A stretch of 64,000 bases of DNA from Mustelus asterias (GCF_964213995.1 NC_135816.1:7750001-7814000), one strand, 5' to 3'; numbered from the stretch's first letter, positions 1 to 13,128 are shown. Translations and numbers: made by a program. The notes: generated by a model not told the origin, from the sequence alone.

Positions 1-1860
1 TGCAATGTCTGAAGATGAAAAGCCCTCACCTGACTATGGACACACATGGGGAGACTCAGAACCATGGCAGTAGCTAAATATGTCCTTTCCTCTCAGAATA
101 AGTAAATTAGATCCTTTATTTTGGAGATGACGCTTCAGGGAGGAATCCATGTGCCGAAAGTGTACATATGTGCAACATAGCAGTTGACACGTGCCTTAGG
201 ATGGCTCTGGCCTCCATTCCTTTCTGGTTGGCCAGCCAGGCTTCCTTGAGAGGGTTAAGGTACATCTCAATTGCAGGAGTTGACAAGCCCTCCAAGGAGA
301 GAAGTTGAGCTTTGCTGACAGGAAACTGACCCATCATTATCTCACCAAGTGTAAAGAACATTTTCCCCAGGCGATACTGATGAAAGATGGCATGACAGAA
401 ACGCTGGCACTTGCTAATTCTTGTCAGCCAACCAGTTGCACTTCGCCGGGCCTCACATGATGCTCTCTAATCATCATTTCTTGCTACAGCTTGAGAAAAC
501 AGTGTTTTACTAGGCACATGCCTCGTCACTGATGCATACTAGATGCACGACGAGGTATCTGTCACACTTCAATTATCCTGAGAACAGTTTGTGGACTACT
601 TACCCCTCCTGCATAATTTTCCAGTGAACAGAATGAAGAGGACCAGGGTCCCAGGTATTTCCTCATTGGAATATTTGAAAAACCATTATGTCATTATAAA
701 CATTGTCTTAAATCTTTCAAAACACGGATGCTACATTAGTTGTCCTTCGCTCCCAAGTTGCTGTATTTATAGAATTTAGAATAATACTAACACATTTCAT
801 TGAGCATTTTGTTATGACACCGTGTCATGATTAACTCAAACCTACAATCTGTATTAATTGCCTATTTTAATTCGATTTGTGCCCAAGTTACTCCATAGAT
901 TGAGACATGTGGATTAACATGCAACTCCAGGAAGGAAGATTGGCACATACATGGGCATATTGCTCTTTTTGCCCTTTCACATGAGCTTCAATTCTGATTA
1001 GAATAATTGGCTAAAATGTTGATTACTATTTTTGCTTTCAAGGGCTACATATTACAGCTACCTGTCTCATACTATATTTTGAATGTGATGGTGTGTGAAA
1101 GACTGACTGGAGTTGGATGTTGCAGTCTCTCCAGAAAGGGAAGAGCTTTTGTCCATTTTCATGCCTATGCACAGAAGTCCTTTCACTTGTATCTGATGCA
1201 GTTACTGATTCCGTATTGACAGATAAATATTCAATACAAGTAGTCTTAATTATTGAATCGACCTCAACTCAGTATTTCTGCAATTTATGAGAAGAAAGGT
1301 GTCACAAGTAATCCTGCCCATTTTAACCTGGAACTGGGAAATATCCTAATAATGTTAACCTGCAGCCATTGGGCTGTGACAAGAGCAACGGAGAACTAAC
1401 TGCACTGTTTATATCATCTGTTCTCCTTTTCTGCTGTAAAAGAAACAGCTCTGCACCTGTGCAGACATATGCGATGGACAATCTTCCTCTACATATAGTT
1501 AACATATAAATGTTTAGAGAGTGTGGGAAATGCTGATGTTTCCGACCATTTTAACCAACCTTCCTTGGCCCTTGAACGCACCCTTACCATCCTGTGGACT
1601 TCTGTAAACTTGTAAAACCTAACTGAGCAATACACAGTATTTATCTATAACCCATAAAACTGCCAACACTTCCTGAGTGATGCCACAACATAACGACAAA
1701 TCGGCACGTTAGTCTGTAAATGCAGACACTGCAGAATGCTGTCAATGATACTGAATATACATCTGCTTCCCTTCATTTAAATATGCTGAATTTGCGTAAA
1801 TACATCTGTACGTGCAAACCAAACCTGCCAGGATCGGCTCCTCATTTAGACGGGTCTCAC

Positions 1861-4329
1861 CTCATTGTTCACAGAGTTACCATAATGTTCTGAAGTCCTC
1901 AGCCCTGGATTTTCATCCGTGTTTGGTTTATTCCAGATATAATTCTTGTCCGTAGATGATTTGCATGTGTTTGATGTGATGAAGTCTCTCTTTGTTGACT
2001 GCAATGTTGAACATGACTCATAGCGGAAACTCTGAGAAAGTGGATCACCCCCGAATACCTCAACATAGTTGGGTGGTATCTGAAGATTTCTACTGGCCTT
2101 TTGGATTCCATTCAGAGAATGTTTTGTTTCAAAGCAGCAACAAACAGCCAGGGAACAGGGCTGACCTCCCAAAACATTTCTGCCGTTATGAACCTTAATG
2201 GCGAGGATAATTAAAATAATCAACAAAATGATAGAAATTGTACCTAAGGCTATGACTAAGGCATGGCTCAAATCCGCTGTGAGACTAGGATCATCCGATA
2301 AGTTGCTCACGTCAGGAAACGTTTCCATATCACTCCCAGTCACAGATAAGGTGATGATCACTGTGGCAGAGAGAGAAGGTGTTCCATTGTCTTTTACCAT
2401 AATCACCAACCTTTGCTGAGAGGCATCTTTATTCTTAATACGACGGATAGTCCAAATCTCGCCATTGTCTGGTGAAATAGTAAAGAGGTTATGCTGTGTA
2501 GCCTGAAAAATTGAATAAGAAAGACGAGCGTTCTGCCCGGCGTCAGCATCAGTGGCCGACACCTTAGCAACCAAGTAGCCTGGTTCTGCAAACCTGGATA
2601 TTGTCTCTGTTACTGTTGAGCCATACTCGGCTAATGGGTGCACGATCACTGGAACATTATCATTCTGATCAAGGATAATAACATTCACTGAGACATTACT
2701 GGCGAGTGGTGGGATTCCAGAGTCCATGACCTGAAGTTGGACCTGAAAGCTTTTCAATCGCTCATAGTCAAAAGATCTCTGAGAATATATGACACCACTC
2801 TCCGAGTTAATAGAAACGTAAGTGGAGACCGAAGAGTTCTGAACTTGAGTCTCCAGCAGAGAGTAGTTTAGTCGAGCGTTTAGTCCTATATCTGGGTCAA
2901 CGGCTATGACGGACAATACAGAACTCCCGATAATGTTATTCTCCACAACGTTTGCTGTGTAGAAACGCTGCGGGAACTGAGGCCGATTGTCATTTATATC
3001 TGAAACCTCCACCCGAATGGTTTTCCTGGTTGTGAGAGGAGGATTTCCTGCATCCGTGCATGTGATAGTAACGTCATAGTTGGAGGTATTTTCCCGATCC
3101 AGTCGACGCTGAATAAGTAGTCTGTAATAGCCCTTCATGGAAGAATCTAATGTAAAGGGGAGTTTCTTTGAAATTTCGCAATTTACTTGCCCATTTCGCC
3201 CCGAATCTTTATCTGCTGCACTGAACAGAGCAACTACAGTTCCAACTGGAGCATCTTCTGAAACTGTACTGGACAAAGTCCTCAGCGTCACCTCAGGTGC
3301 ATTATCATTCACATCAATAACATTAACCAAAACTTCACAGTGCTCCGGCATTGCATTTGGGCCCAGGTCCAATGCTTGTATGTTAATCTCATAAACATTT
3401 CTTTGTTCATAGTCCAAATTGCCTTTCACTCTGATTTCACCAGTTTTCGAATCCACTCCAAATATTTCACGGACTATTGCAGATGTATGGCTGCTAAGCG
3501 AGTACATTATCTCTCCATTTGAACCATCGTCTAAATCAGTGGCATTTACTGTGATTATTCGGGTACCAACTGGAGCATTTTCCAACACACTGACTCTGTA
3601 AACCGACTGGGAGAAAATAGGCGCGTTGTCGTTTGCATCTTTTACTGTGATTATGACCTGAGCAGTGCCTGACCTTACAGGGATCCCGCCATCCTTCGAT
3701 ATCAGCGTTAAACTGTGGGTTGATATCGTTTCCCTATCCAATGGCCTCTGCAACACCAGTACCGGTAACTTCCCTTCCCCACTCCGTATTTGTACATCGA
3801 GAGTGAAATAATCGTTCGGAAGGAGCTGGTATGTTTGTAGGGAGTTGTTTCCAATGTCCGGATCGTGCGCGGAGTCAAGGGGAAAACGCGCTCCAGGCGC
3901 AGCAATCTCTGAGATTTCGAGGCGGAACTGCCTCCTTGGAAAGCTGGGAGCATTGTCATTAACATCGAGGATTTCCACTTCAATTTGATACAGACTGAGG
4001 GGGTTTTCAAGCATAACATCCAAGGATAACACACAGGTCAGTGTAGACCCGCAAAGCTGTTCTCTATCAATCTTTTCCTTCACAAATATAATCCCGTTGT
4101 CTAATTTTACGTCCACATATTGTTTCTTCGGCCCAGACGCAACCTGCAAACTGCGAGCCGAGAGCTGCTTTATATCCAAACCCAAATCGGCTGCGATATT
4201 CCCAACAAAGGCGCCCTGTTCGAGTTCTTCAGGAATCGAATAACGAATTTGCCCAAACACTGGATTCCACGAGGAGAATACGCAATACAATAGCTGACAT
4301 TTTATCAACAAATGTATTTTATATCTCAT
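1861..4329 (-). CDS. Clustered protocadherin variable exon 1 (signal peptide, EC1-EC6, TM, variable cytoplasmic domain); expected to splice to constant exons outside the window
   Basis: ORF 1846..4389 has six cadherin repeats (DVNDNAP, DRE/DYE, AxDxD motifs), EC1 C-X5-C (REQLCGSTLTC) and a TM helix. The ORF-track start is GTG; the ATG shared by all paralogues (GAAATG, MRYK) is at 4329, with an alternative in-frame ATG at 4338. Phase-0 donor GAG|GTGAGA at 1861/1860. Confidence 0.95.
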
Positions 4330-4591
4330 TTCCAGCATAAAACATCCCAATTTTCTCAGTACGCTACTATACTGTTCATATCCTTTCACCAGTCTTTTGG
4401 GGATTTTCTTTTTAAATCCGAGGATCTGCGATGCGAAACATACCTGTCCGCTTTCCGAATCACTCTCTGACTTTATTTAAATCTTCGCATTCTGCCTAAA
4501 ATTGCCAATGGATTCTTGCACAAATCCTCCCGAGCTGCTCGTTATTCCATTTTACACTGCGTCTGGTCGTACGTGACGGTGTCTGGTTTAT

Positions 4592-4740
4592 GAAGGGGGC
4601 AGTCCGGATCCCCAATCACATTTCAGCTTCTGATTGGTGAACACAAGCACTGTGAAATTCAACGAATCAGAATGCTCTCTGTTTCTTAAAGCTGCAATGC
4701 TTCAAACCAGCGATATAATTATCGTTGCAGAATCAAAAAA
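4592..4740 (-). promoter_or_regulatory. Conserved variable-exon promoter cassette (exon 1)
   Basis: On the + strand: GAAGGGGGCAGTCCGGATC 4592, ATTGG 4633, CGAAT (degenerate CCAAT) 4663, CTTAAAGC 4685, distal module ~4717-4740. Same order and spacing upstream of all six exons. Confidence 0.75.
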
Positions 4741-5856
4741 TGATTTCACCTTTTTCTTCAGCGTGGTTATATCTGCCTGTTGTGAAAATATTTCGGTACA
4801 ACAACAGTATAACTAACATCTTAAAAAACAGCTTTATAGAATGTGCGATAAAGGAAATTAAATTCAAGAATATCAGGTGTCAGCTGAATTCATTCGCTCC
4901 ATCATTCCCTGCATGATCACAGGATGAATACTCGCCCCTGATTTTCTAATCACTGCCGTTGAGTAAAACTGAAGGAATATTAAAGAATTTCCCCGTGGAA
5001 AAAGAACAAATTGTTACTTTTATGATATATATATATATGCCCCGCCTCTTAGCCATACGATATTTATTAAGTCCCTTCGAAAGGTAGTCTTTACTCTTGA
5101 CTAAACACTTCAATCTCTAATCTTACTCGAAAACGACAAATTTTATGATCGTAACCCATATCATCACACTCACTCTAAGTTAAGTAGCATCTTGTCTTTA
5201 ATTTTACTTAAAACTACCACAGTTAAGTACTTAGTTTTGCAAATGCCTCCATCTTCTTGAAAATGAAAGTAAGTTCAGTTCTGAAACTGTTAAATGTAGT
5301 TTCCAAAGCTGTAAATTCAGAATACAGATCCGTCAACCTGTTAATGATGCAGCTACTTTATTTTTCAGATCACGTGCTCAGAACTGTCGGCCACACTCGA
5401 GAAAGGGAAAGTTCATTTGAATAATTAAAGTTAATGTTTATTCATTAGTCACAAGTATGTTTACATTAACACTGCAGTGAAGTTACTGTGAAATTCCCCT
5501 GGTCGCCACACTCCGGCGTCTGCTCGGGTAAACACACCTAACCATTTCAGAATCATGCCAGTAGAACTTGAAAATTAACGCCTTTCATGTGCTTTTCCTT
5601 TCTCGATTTGTCTGATTGTTACATTTTTCATGACTTAACACTTTCACAGTATGTACACTGTTGACTCCCATTTCAATTTGCTCTCTTTCAGCCTATGCCT
5701 TTGGAGATCTATTTTTGTTTTAAACAGAGGCACTGTTATTGTAACTGATACTGAATGCTTCACACTTCAATTTCATTTTTAATCTTATTCTCCCTGGAAA
5801 TAATCACATTCAGTTTATCTTGCTATCTGCCTACTTCTGGTCACTGGATTCATGGA

Positions 5857-6205
5857 ATGCAGTGGCGGAGTGGCGTTTTTATTGGGCTAGTAATTTGGAG
5901 TCCCAGAATAATGGTGATCAGGTTCGAATCCCACCCTGGCAGATGGTGAAATTTGAATGCAATAGAAATCTGGATTTAAAAGTCTAATGATGACCAAGAA
6001 ATCATTGTTGATTATTGTAAAAACCTATCTGGTTCATTAATGTCCTTTAGGAAAGGAAGTCTGCCATCCTAACCTGGTCTGGCCGATATGTGATTCCAGA
6101 CCCACAGCAATGTGATTGACACTGAAATGGCGTAGACACACAAAGACAATCAGGGATGGGTAATGCATGTTGACACAGCCAGTGGTGCCCACATTCCCTG
6201 AATCT
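5857..6205 (+). mobile_element. tRNA-derived SINE with L2-like tail
   Basis: B-box GGTTCGAATCCC near 5920. The body (gtgaaatttgaat...gtaaaaacc.atctggtt...cctggtctg) recurs at ~56855-57205, with a partial head at ~53065-53160. Confidence 0.65.
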
Positions 6206-6394
6206 CACCTGTTCTACGAATCTTAGAGAACCATGCAAATCCCAATGGCATCCATTAAAAATCTACATTTATTCATATATTGTGGCTTAGTTGTCTCTCA
6301 AATAATTTCATTATATTCGTTAGGCAAAAGCTTCTTCGAAGACCTATTCCTCTCAACAGTCATCTGTTATATCCTGCAAAGATTCTGAATCGCT

Positions 6395-7045
6395 GTAGAA
6401 AAACAAAATACCGAAGTTGCTGAAAATCTGTAATAAAATTGGAAAACCTAGGAGATACTCAGCAAGCCAGACCATATATGTGGACAGAATCCGGGTGAAG
6501 GTTCATGCCAATTACCTTCATCAGAACTGAGGTACTGTTATAGGTTTTGAGCAACCGGTGCAACTGAAGAAGGAGTGATGGGGTTAGGGGTGGGGGCTTG
6601 GGAACTGGGGATGGAGGAATGGAAGTGGTGTGCAAGGAGAAGGAAAACGTGTGACGGGTTGGAGGGCGAAACAGATTAAGTAATAAAAAGGTTTCATGTT
6701 ACTAAAACCAAAAGGAATGGTAATAGGCGCAGATTAGGCGCTTTTACAAGCGAAATAGCGGTTTACTTTTCTTCTTTCAATTTAATAATCGGTATTTGCT
6801 GTTCATTCTGTGATCTCCTCTGCATTGGGAAGACTGCCAGGCTGGCTGACCAGTTTGTGGACCACCTCTGTTCAGTATGCAAGTGTGACTCTGAGCTCCC
6901 TGTTGCTTATCATTAAAATTCTCCATCTTTCTTATTCTGACCTTTGTCTTGCTGCAGTGTCACAATGAAGACCAATCAAGCGCGAGGAGCAGCACCTTAT
7001 TATTCAACTTGACACCCGACAATCTTTGATAAGCATTGAATAGCA
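6395..7045 (+). mobile_element. Degenerate Penelope-like element (inverted terminal head plus GIY-YIG endonuclease remnant)
   Basis: ~6790-7040 reads like C.CS.CDLL.IG(K)T..RLADQFVDHLCSV ... REEQHL, typical of the PLE GIY-YIG C-terminus. The head 6395-6530 is shared with 20281-20390 and 38970-39105. Confidence 0.55.
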
Positions 7046-7399
7046 TTAAAGTATGTAGGAATCATGTTAAAATATTTAACATTGTCGTGATTGAACTCAA
7101 CCAACCTTGTTTCAGTTAGCCATAGCATATTTGTTTTGCAAGCGTTGACTAGAGTGTCAATGTATGGGGAATAAAATTAAAATCTTGAAGAGAGGTTTAG
7201 CATGCTGCAGTAGTGTTTTTATTTATCCTTTGGCAGGGGCTTGGACTCCAGTTAGTGAAATTAGATTAATTTCCATCTTTCAGGGACCGAGCATGTCTTT
7301 AGATGGCAATGGAGTTAGACTCTGGTACGCACTCTCTTCAGAAGCAGTCAGGTCTTTTACCATGTGTTCACGCAATTGAGTGAGCTCCATTCACTAGCT

Positions 7400-9150
7400 T
7401 CTAAATATCAGAATCCCCAAATTTCTACAGCACAAAAGGAGGCCATTCTGCCCTTCGTATCTGCACGAGCTCTCCATTAGAGCCATTTTTCTATTGCCAG
7501 TGCACGATCTTCGCCTCATAGCCCTATAACCTTCTTCTTTTACAAATCACAATCCAATTCCCTCTTGAGCACCACAATTAAACCTACTTCCACCACACTC
7601 TCAGGCAATGCATTCCAATCAAAACCACTTGTGCATGAATATGTTTTTCCTCATGTCATCATTGTTTCCTTTTCTGATTAGATTCAATATGTGCCCTCTT
7701 TTTCTCAATACTTCCAGCAATGGGAACTGCTTTCCCTCATTTTTGTTTGTCCAGCCCTTTGTGATTCTGCATATCTGAAACAAACTGCCTCTCAAACTTC
7801 TCTTTTCCAAGGAAAGTAGTCGCAACTTCCCTGATCTGTCTTGGAAATTCGTATGCATCTTTTCTGCACTCTCGAATGCCTAAATTTATTTCATAAAGTG
7901 TAGTATCCAAAACTGGATGTAATACTGCAGTTCCCCAGCTGTCAGACCAATTTAACATTTGACAGGGTGTCTATTGGCTCAGGGTGAAACTTCTTCCACT
8001 ATCTGTTTTGAAGTCCCACCTGAGAGATTGGAAGGCCAATTGGGAGGCCAGAAGTTCTGCAGTACTAGCAGCGTCAGGGTCAAGTGGTGGCCACTGCAAG
8101 GACTACAGGCAAAACCCTAGGAAGAGGAGCTGATGGTGATTGGGTTGAAGGTACGTTTGCTACATCGATAGGGCCTGGTTGGCAGACTCCAGTGAGAGGA
8201 GTGAGATGCATGATTTGTGATGCCAAAGGGAGTAGGGTTGCTGGCGGTGTATGACCTTGGTGGTGCCTCCGATAGACACTGGAAACCCCAAAGGTGGTAC
8301 ACACCCCTGGCCTGGCAACAAGCCTTACAACTGAAACTGTTGGGCTACCCAATGGTCCTCTCCATGCTATGGGTAAAATAGTGATTTGGGTGTGATGAGG
8401 CATTTAAGTGCCCCCCACAGTATAACTCCCTCCTGTGTAATTTGATACAGCTCAGATACAGTTGACAAATAGGCGGACCGGCCACATACTGCATTCGAAC
8501 AGCCCCTAACTTCTTGTGTTCAATCTTGTCACTGGAAGACCTTACATATCTGCCCCATTTTCGATGGTCTCCTGTAATCTTCTGGAAATCCATGTATACC
8601 ACACCAGGAGCATTCACCTCATCAACCTTCTCTGTTACTTCACTAAAAGTCTCTAGAAATTAGACATATTTGCTGACTTTTCTTAATTAATCAGCATTTT
8701 CCCAAGTGACAATTAGTTGAGTACCAAACTATAATTTTCAGAATCTTCCCCACCACTAAGGTTAAAGTGGTTGGCCTGCAATTAATGGATTTATTTCTAC
8801 ACCGTTTCTTGAACAAGGGTGAAATATTTGCAATTCTCCAGTACACTGGCACCATCTCTGAGTCGAAGGAATATGCGAAAATTACAGCTGGGGCTTGTAC
8901 AATTTCTATTCTCATTTCGCTCAGTATATTTGGATGCACCTCAACTGGTCCCGTTGTCTTATCAATTATAACTACAGACAGCCTAACCAAAACCTCAGCT
9001 TTATCAATTTTATCAAATTCAACGTCTGAAATCACCTCCTATTTCACCATGGTCTGCTTAACATCATATTCCTTGGAAAAGATAGGTGCAAAATATTAAG
9101 TTAATAGATCAGCCATGTCGCATCCTTCAATGCCTAAATCCCACAGTTTG
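7400..9150 (-). mobile_element. CR1/HER1-like LINE fragments
   Basis: Degenerate RT and C-terminal motifs: LLSLEKRSLRG (7619..7858), VVYMDFQK (8345..8617), WRIANISPLFKK...RPTTLT (8691..9035). ~7960-8545 is unrelated intervening sequence. Confidence 0.75.
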
Positions 9151-9360
9151 GTTCGTAATTAGCTGGTACAAATCAGTAAAGGCCGCTCGTTACACAGCTA
9201 GATGATGGGGTGGGAGTGGGGGTGACAGGATATAATATAAACAACAAATGATTTTAAATATTGTTTCCATCCCGAATTTCAATGTTTTGCATTTTCCCTC
9301 AGATATTCGTGCTTCCAAATCAAACATGTGAGACTGTTAGTTTGGTTGCGAGTGCCTCAC

Positions 9361-11826
9361 CTCATTGCTTGTGATGTTGTAATTCTCAGAGTTCGTCAAC
9401 CCTGACATGTCTTTCCCAATAGATGCATTCTGTAGCGCGTACTTGGCTGTAGAAGGCCTACATGCATTTGGGGTTAGGAAGTCTCTCTTTGTTGACTGCA
9501 ATGTTGAACATGACTCGTAGCGGAAACTCTGAGAAAGTGGATCACCTCCAAATACCTCGACATAGTTGGGTGGTATCTGAAGATTTCTACTGGCTTTTTG
9601 AATTCCATTCAGAGAATGTCTTGTTTCAAAGCAGCAACAGGTGCTGAGGGAACAGTATTGCACACCCAAACCGTTTCTGTTTCGGTGGACCTTTACAGCG
9701 AGAATAATCATAATTACCAGAAAAATGGCTGAAATTATTCCTAAAGCGAATACTAAGGAAAGGCGCAGATCAGGTGTCAAAACAGGACCTTCTGATAAAC
9801 TGCTCACATCAGATAACAATTCAGCATCAGTACCTACAACAGTTAACATGATGGTCACTGTGGCAGAAAGTGATGGTGTTCCATTGTCTTTTACCATAAT
9901 CACCAACCTTTGCTTAGAGGCATCTTTATTCTCAACACGCCGGATAGTCCAAATTTCCCCAGTGTCTGATGAAATAGTAAAAAGGTTATGCTGGGTAGCC
10001 TGAAAAATGAAATAGGAAAGGCGAGCGTTCTGCCCGGCGTCAGCATCAGTGGCCGATACTTTAGCAACCAAGTAGCCTGGTTCTGCAAACCTGGATATTG
10101 TTTCTGTTACAGTTGAGCCATACTCGGCTAATGGGTGCACGATCACTGGAACATTGTCATTCTGATCAAGGATAGTAACATTCACTGAGACATTACTGGC
10201 GAGTGGTGGGGTTCCAGAGTCCATGACCTGAACTTGGACCTGAAAGTTGTTCATTTGCTCGTAGTCAAAAGATTTCTGAGTGATAATGGCCCCAGTCTCC
10301 GAGTTAATAGAAACGAAAGTGGAAACTGAAGAATTCTGAACGAGAGTCTCCAGTACAGTATATTTTAGACGAGCGTTTTGTCCTACATCTGGATCAAAGG
10401 CTGAGACGGAGAATATGGACGTCCCAATAGCATTATTCTCCTTCGCGTTTGCTGTGTATACAGTCTGGGTAAAACGTGGGGCATTGTCATTTATATCTGA
10501 AATCTCTACCCGAATGATTTTTTTGGATGTCAGAGGGGGATTTCCTGCATCCGTGCATGTTATAGTGACGTCATACCTGGGGTTATCTTCCCGATCCAGT
10601 AGGTGCTGAATAAGCAATCTGTAATAGTTATTCATGGAAGAATCGAGTTTAAAGGGCAGCTGATTTGAAATTTGACATTGTACCTGCCCATTTTGCCCCG
10701 AATCTTTATCTGCTGCACTGAACAGAGCGACTACAGTTCCAAGTGGAACATCTTCTGAAACTGTGCTCGACAAAGTCCTCACAGTCACCTCAGGTGCGTT
10801 ATCATTCACATCAATAATATCCACCAAAACATCACAATGCCCGGACATTGCGTATGGACTCTTGTCCATTGCTTGTATGTTAATCTCAAATTCACTGCTT
10901 TCCTCATAGTCCAAATTGCCTTTCACACTAATCTGACCGGTTTTGGGATCCACACCGAACAGCTCTCGAACTCTCGCGGAACTATGACTGCTGAAAGAGT
11001 AAACTATGTCTCCATTGGGGCCATCGTCCAAGTCAGTGGCATTTAATGTGATTATCAGGGTTCCTTTGGGTGCGGTTTCCAACAGTCTCGCTCTATAAAC
11101 TGACTGAGAAAAAACAGGGGCGTTGTCATTTGCATCCTTTACTATGATTGTAACATCAACTGTACCTGACCTAATGGGGGTCCCGCCATCTTTGGCTATC
11201 AGAGTTAAAATGTCTGTCGATTCTGTTTCTCGATCCAAGGACCTTTCCAACACCAATACTGGCAACTTTCCTTTTCCGCTGCGTGTTTGTATGTCGAGAA
11301 TAAAATGACCGTTCGGGAGGAGCTCATAGGTTTGCAAGGAATTTGTCCCAATGTCCGGATCGTACGCGGATTCGAGGGGAAAGCGCGTTCCCGGTGAGGA
11401 AAGCTCTGAGATTTCCAGGCGTAATTGTCTCTTTGCAAAACTGGGAGCATTGTCATTAACATCGAGAATCTCCACATCAACCTGGTATAGATTGATGGGA
11501 TTTTCAAGCATAACATCCAAGGATAACACACAAATCAGGGTGGGTCCACAAAGCGGTTCTCTGTCAATCCTTTCCTTGACAAATAAGATGCCATTGTTCA
11601 AATTTACGTCCACATATTGTTTCCTCGGCCCAGACGCAATCTGCAAACGACGAGCCGAAAGCTGCTTTATATTTAAACCCAAATCATCTGCGATATTCCC
11701 AACAAAGGCACCCGGCTGCAGTTCTTCAGGAATCGAATAACGAATCTGCGCAGAAACTAGATTCCACGAGGAGAATACGCAATATAGTAGTTGACATTTT
11801 AGCAACCAATATATTTTATATCTCAT
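9361..11826 (-). CDS. Clustered protocadherin variable exon 2
   Basis: ORF 9337..11847 has the same architecture. ATG (MRYK) at 11826 with an in-frame TAA shortly upstream; donor GAG|GTGAGG at 9361/9360. Closest paralogue of exon 1. Confidence 0.95.
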
Positions 11827-12083
11827 TTCCAGCCTAAAGCATTCCAATATTTTTTAGTCCGACGCGGCACCATGCATATCCTTTCAACTGTTTTCTTTGG
11901 AATTTGGTTAAACTCGAACAACGGCGATATTTAACTTACTTGCACGGTTTGCAATTCTCTCGGTTTAATTACTTTTAATCTTCATTTCTTGAATTGTTTG
12001 TTGGATTCCGCACAAATCCTCCCTCGCTGCTCGCTGCTCCATTTTACACTGCGTCTGATCGGACGTGATGGTGTCTGGTTTGT

Positions 12084-12240
12084 GAAGGGGGCAGTCCGGA
12101 TCCCCATTCACATCTCAGCTTCTGATTGGTGAACAGGGGTAAGCTAAAATTGAACCAACCAGAACGTCCTGATTTCTTAAAGCTAGGACGTATGAAACCA
12201 GAACAAAATATTTCTATTTATTGTTGCACAGTTAAAAATT
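12084..12240 (-). promoter_or_regulatory. Conserved variable-exon promoter cassette (exon 2)
   Basis: G-box 12084, ATTGG 12125, CCAAC 12155, CTTAAAGC 12176, distal module ~12216-12238. Confidence 0.75.
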
Positions 12241-12614
12241 GAATTAAGCTTTTATTTCACTATTGTGGGCATTTATTTCTGCTATGAAAACTATCTCGAG
12301 ATATAAATGCACTGAACATCTTACAGATAACTTATGTTTATAAGATTTTTTTTTAAAATCAGGCATTAATGTTTGGTCCATCAGTTCGGTTCCATTTATA
12401 GTCCATTGACGATTATTCGATCAGGATTTTCCAATGTCCACCACGATTTGAGGACGATTGAATTACTGTCGACTCCTTGAACGGAAATAACGAATCAGTA
12501 TTATTAATATTTCAGTAATGATCCACTTCACTTCCAAACGGATATCCATCCAGATGCTTTGTAAATGTATCATTTGGCTTCAAATCATTTGTCTTTTCTG
12601 CAACACGCATGCAC

Positions 12615-13022
12615 CACCCGGTGCGGAGAGGGGAGGGTCGGGATGGCGACCTCCTCGTGAACCTGCTCCTGGGCCTGGCGAAACGCGCCATTTACCGGTC
12701 CAGGCTGCGGGCGATCGAGGGGGCCGTCCATCCTGACTGTCTTCCCCTCTACCGCGGCTACGTTTGTGGCCAGGTGACCCTGGAGAGGGAGCATGCGGTG
12801 TCCACGGGCGAGGTTGACGCTTTCCGCGCCCGCTGGGCACCGCAGGGGTTGGGGTGCATTATTGACCCCAATAATCACATTTTAATTTGATGTTTTTAAG
12901 TTTCCTTTGTACTTTGATTTCTGGTCGGGCTGTTCCCCCTCCTTTTTGGGGAGCTGCCCCTTTTACTTTGTCCTGATTTAATCTGAGTTTGTTTACTTGT
13001 TTTGGTTTGACCTAAAAAGAGG
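12615..13022 (+). mobile_element. 5'-truncated Tx1-clade non-LTR retrotransposon with 15-bp TSD
   Basis: ORF 12609..12890 (LVNLLLGLAKRAIYRSR..DCLPLYRG...FRARWA) resembles the Tx1 ORF2 C-terminus, followed by a T-rich 3' UTR. Direct repeat GCAACACGCATGCAC at 12600-12614 and 13023-13037. Confidence 0.75.
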
Positions 13023-13128
13023 GCAACACGCATGCACTGAATTGTGAAAGTACCTCTCTTTTCTAATCTTTTAAAAGCTTGCATGATATTTTTGAGAAAG
13101 TTTGGTCAAGAGTGTAAGCTACACCCCA

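Noticed and set aside
1-1845. Search for Pcdh constant exons downstream of exon 1
   Set aside because: No recognisable constant-region peptide or convincing exon; presumably outside the window.
4330-4389. ORF-track N-terminal extensions starting at GTG/TTG (all six exons)
   Set aside because: Non-ATG starts from a prokaryotic-style ORF caller; the paralogue-conserved GAAATG precedes a plausible signal peptide.
5857-5945. tRNA-like A/B boxes (also 13129, 25504, 56135)
   Set aside because: SINE heads followed by SINE bodies; no complete cloverleaf.
8080-8540. GC-richer segment with GGHLNA motif
   Set aside because: Could be an endonuclease remnant of an unrelated retroelement, but too degenerate to classify.
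1861-9361. Donors of exons 1 and 2 exactly 7500 bp apart
   Set aside because: The spacer is full of TE insertions and other spacings differ, so this is coincidence.
11351-11740. Recurrent antisense and alternate-frame ORFs inside Pcdh exons (e.g. 11351..11740+, 9641..10003+, 60412..60804+)
   Set aside because: Shadow ORFs of paralogous coding sequence with inconsistent starts and ends.
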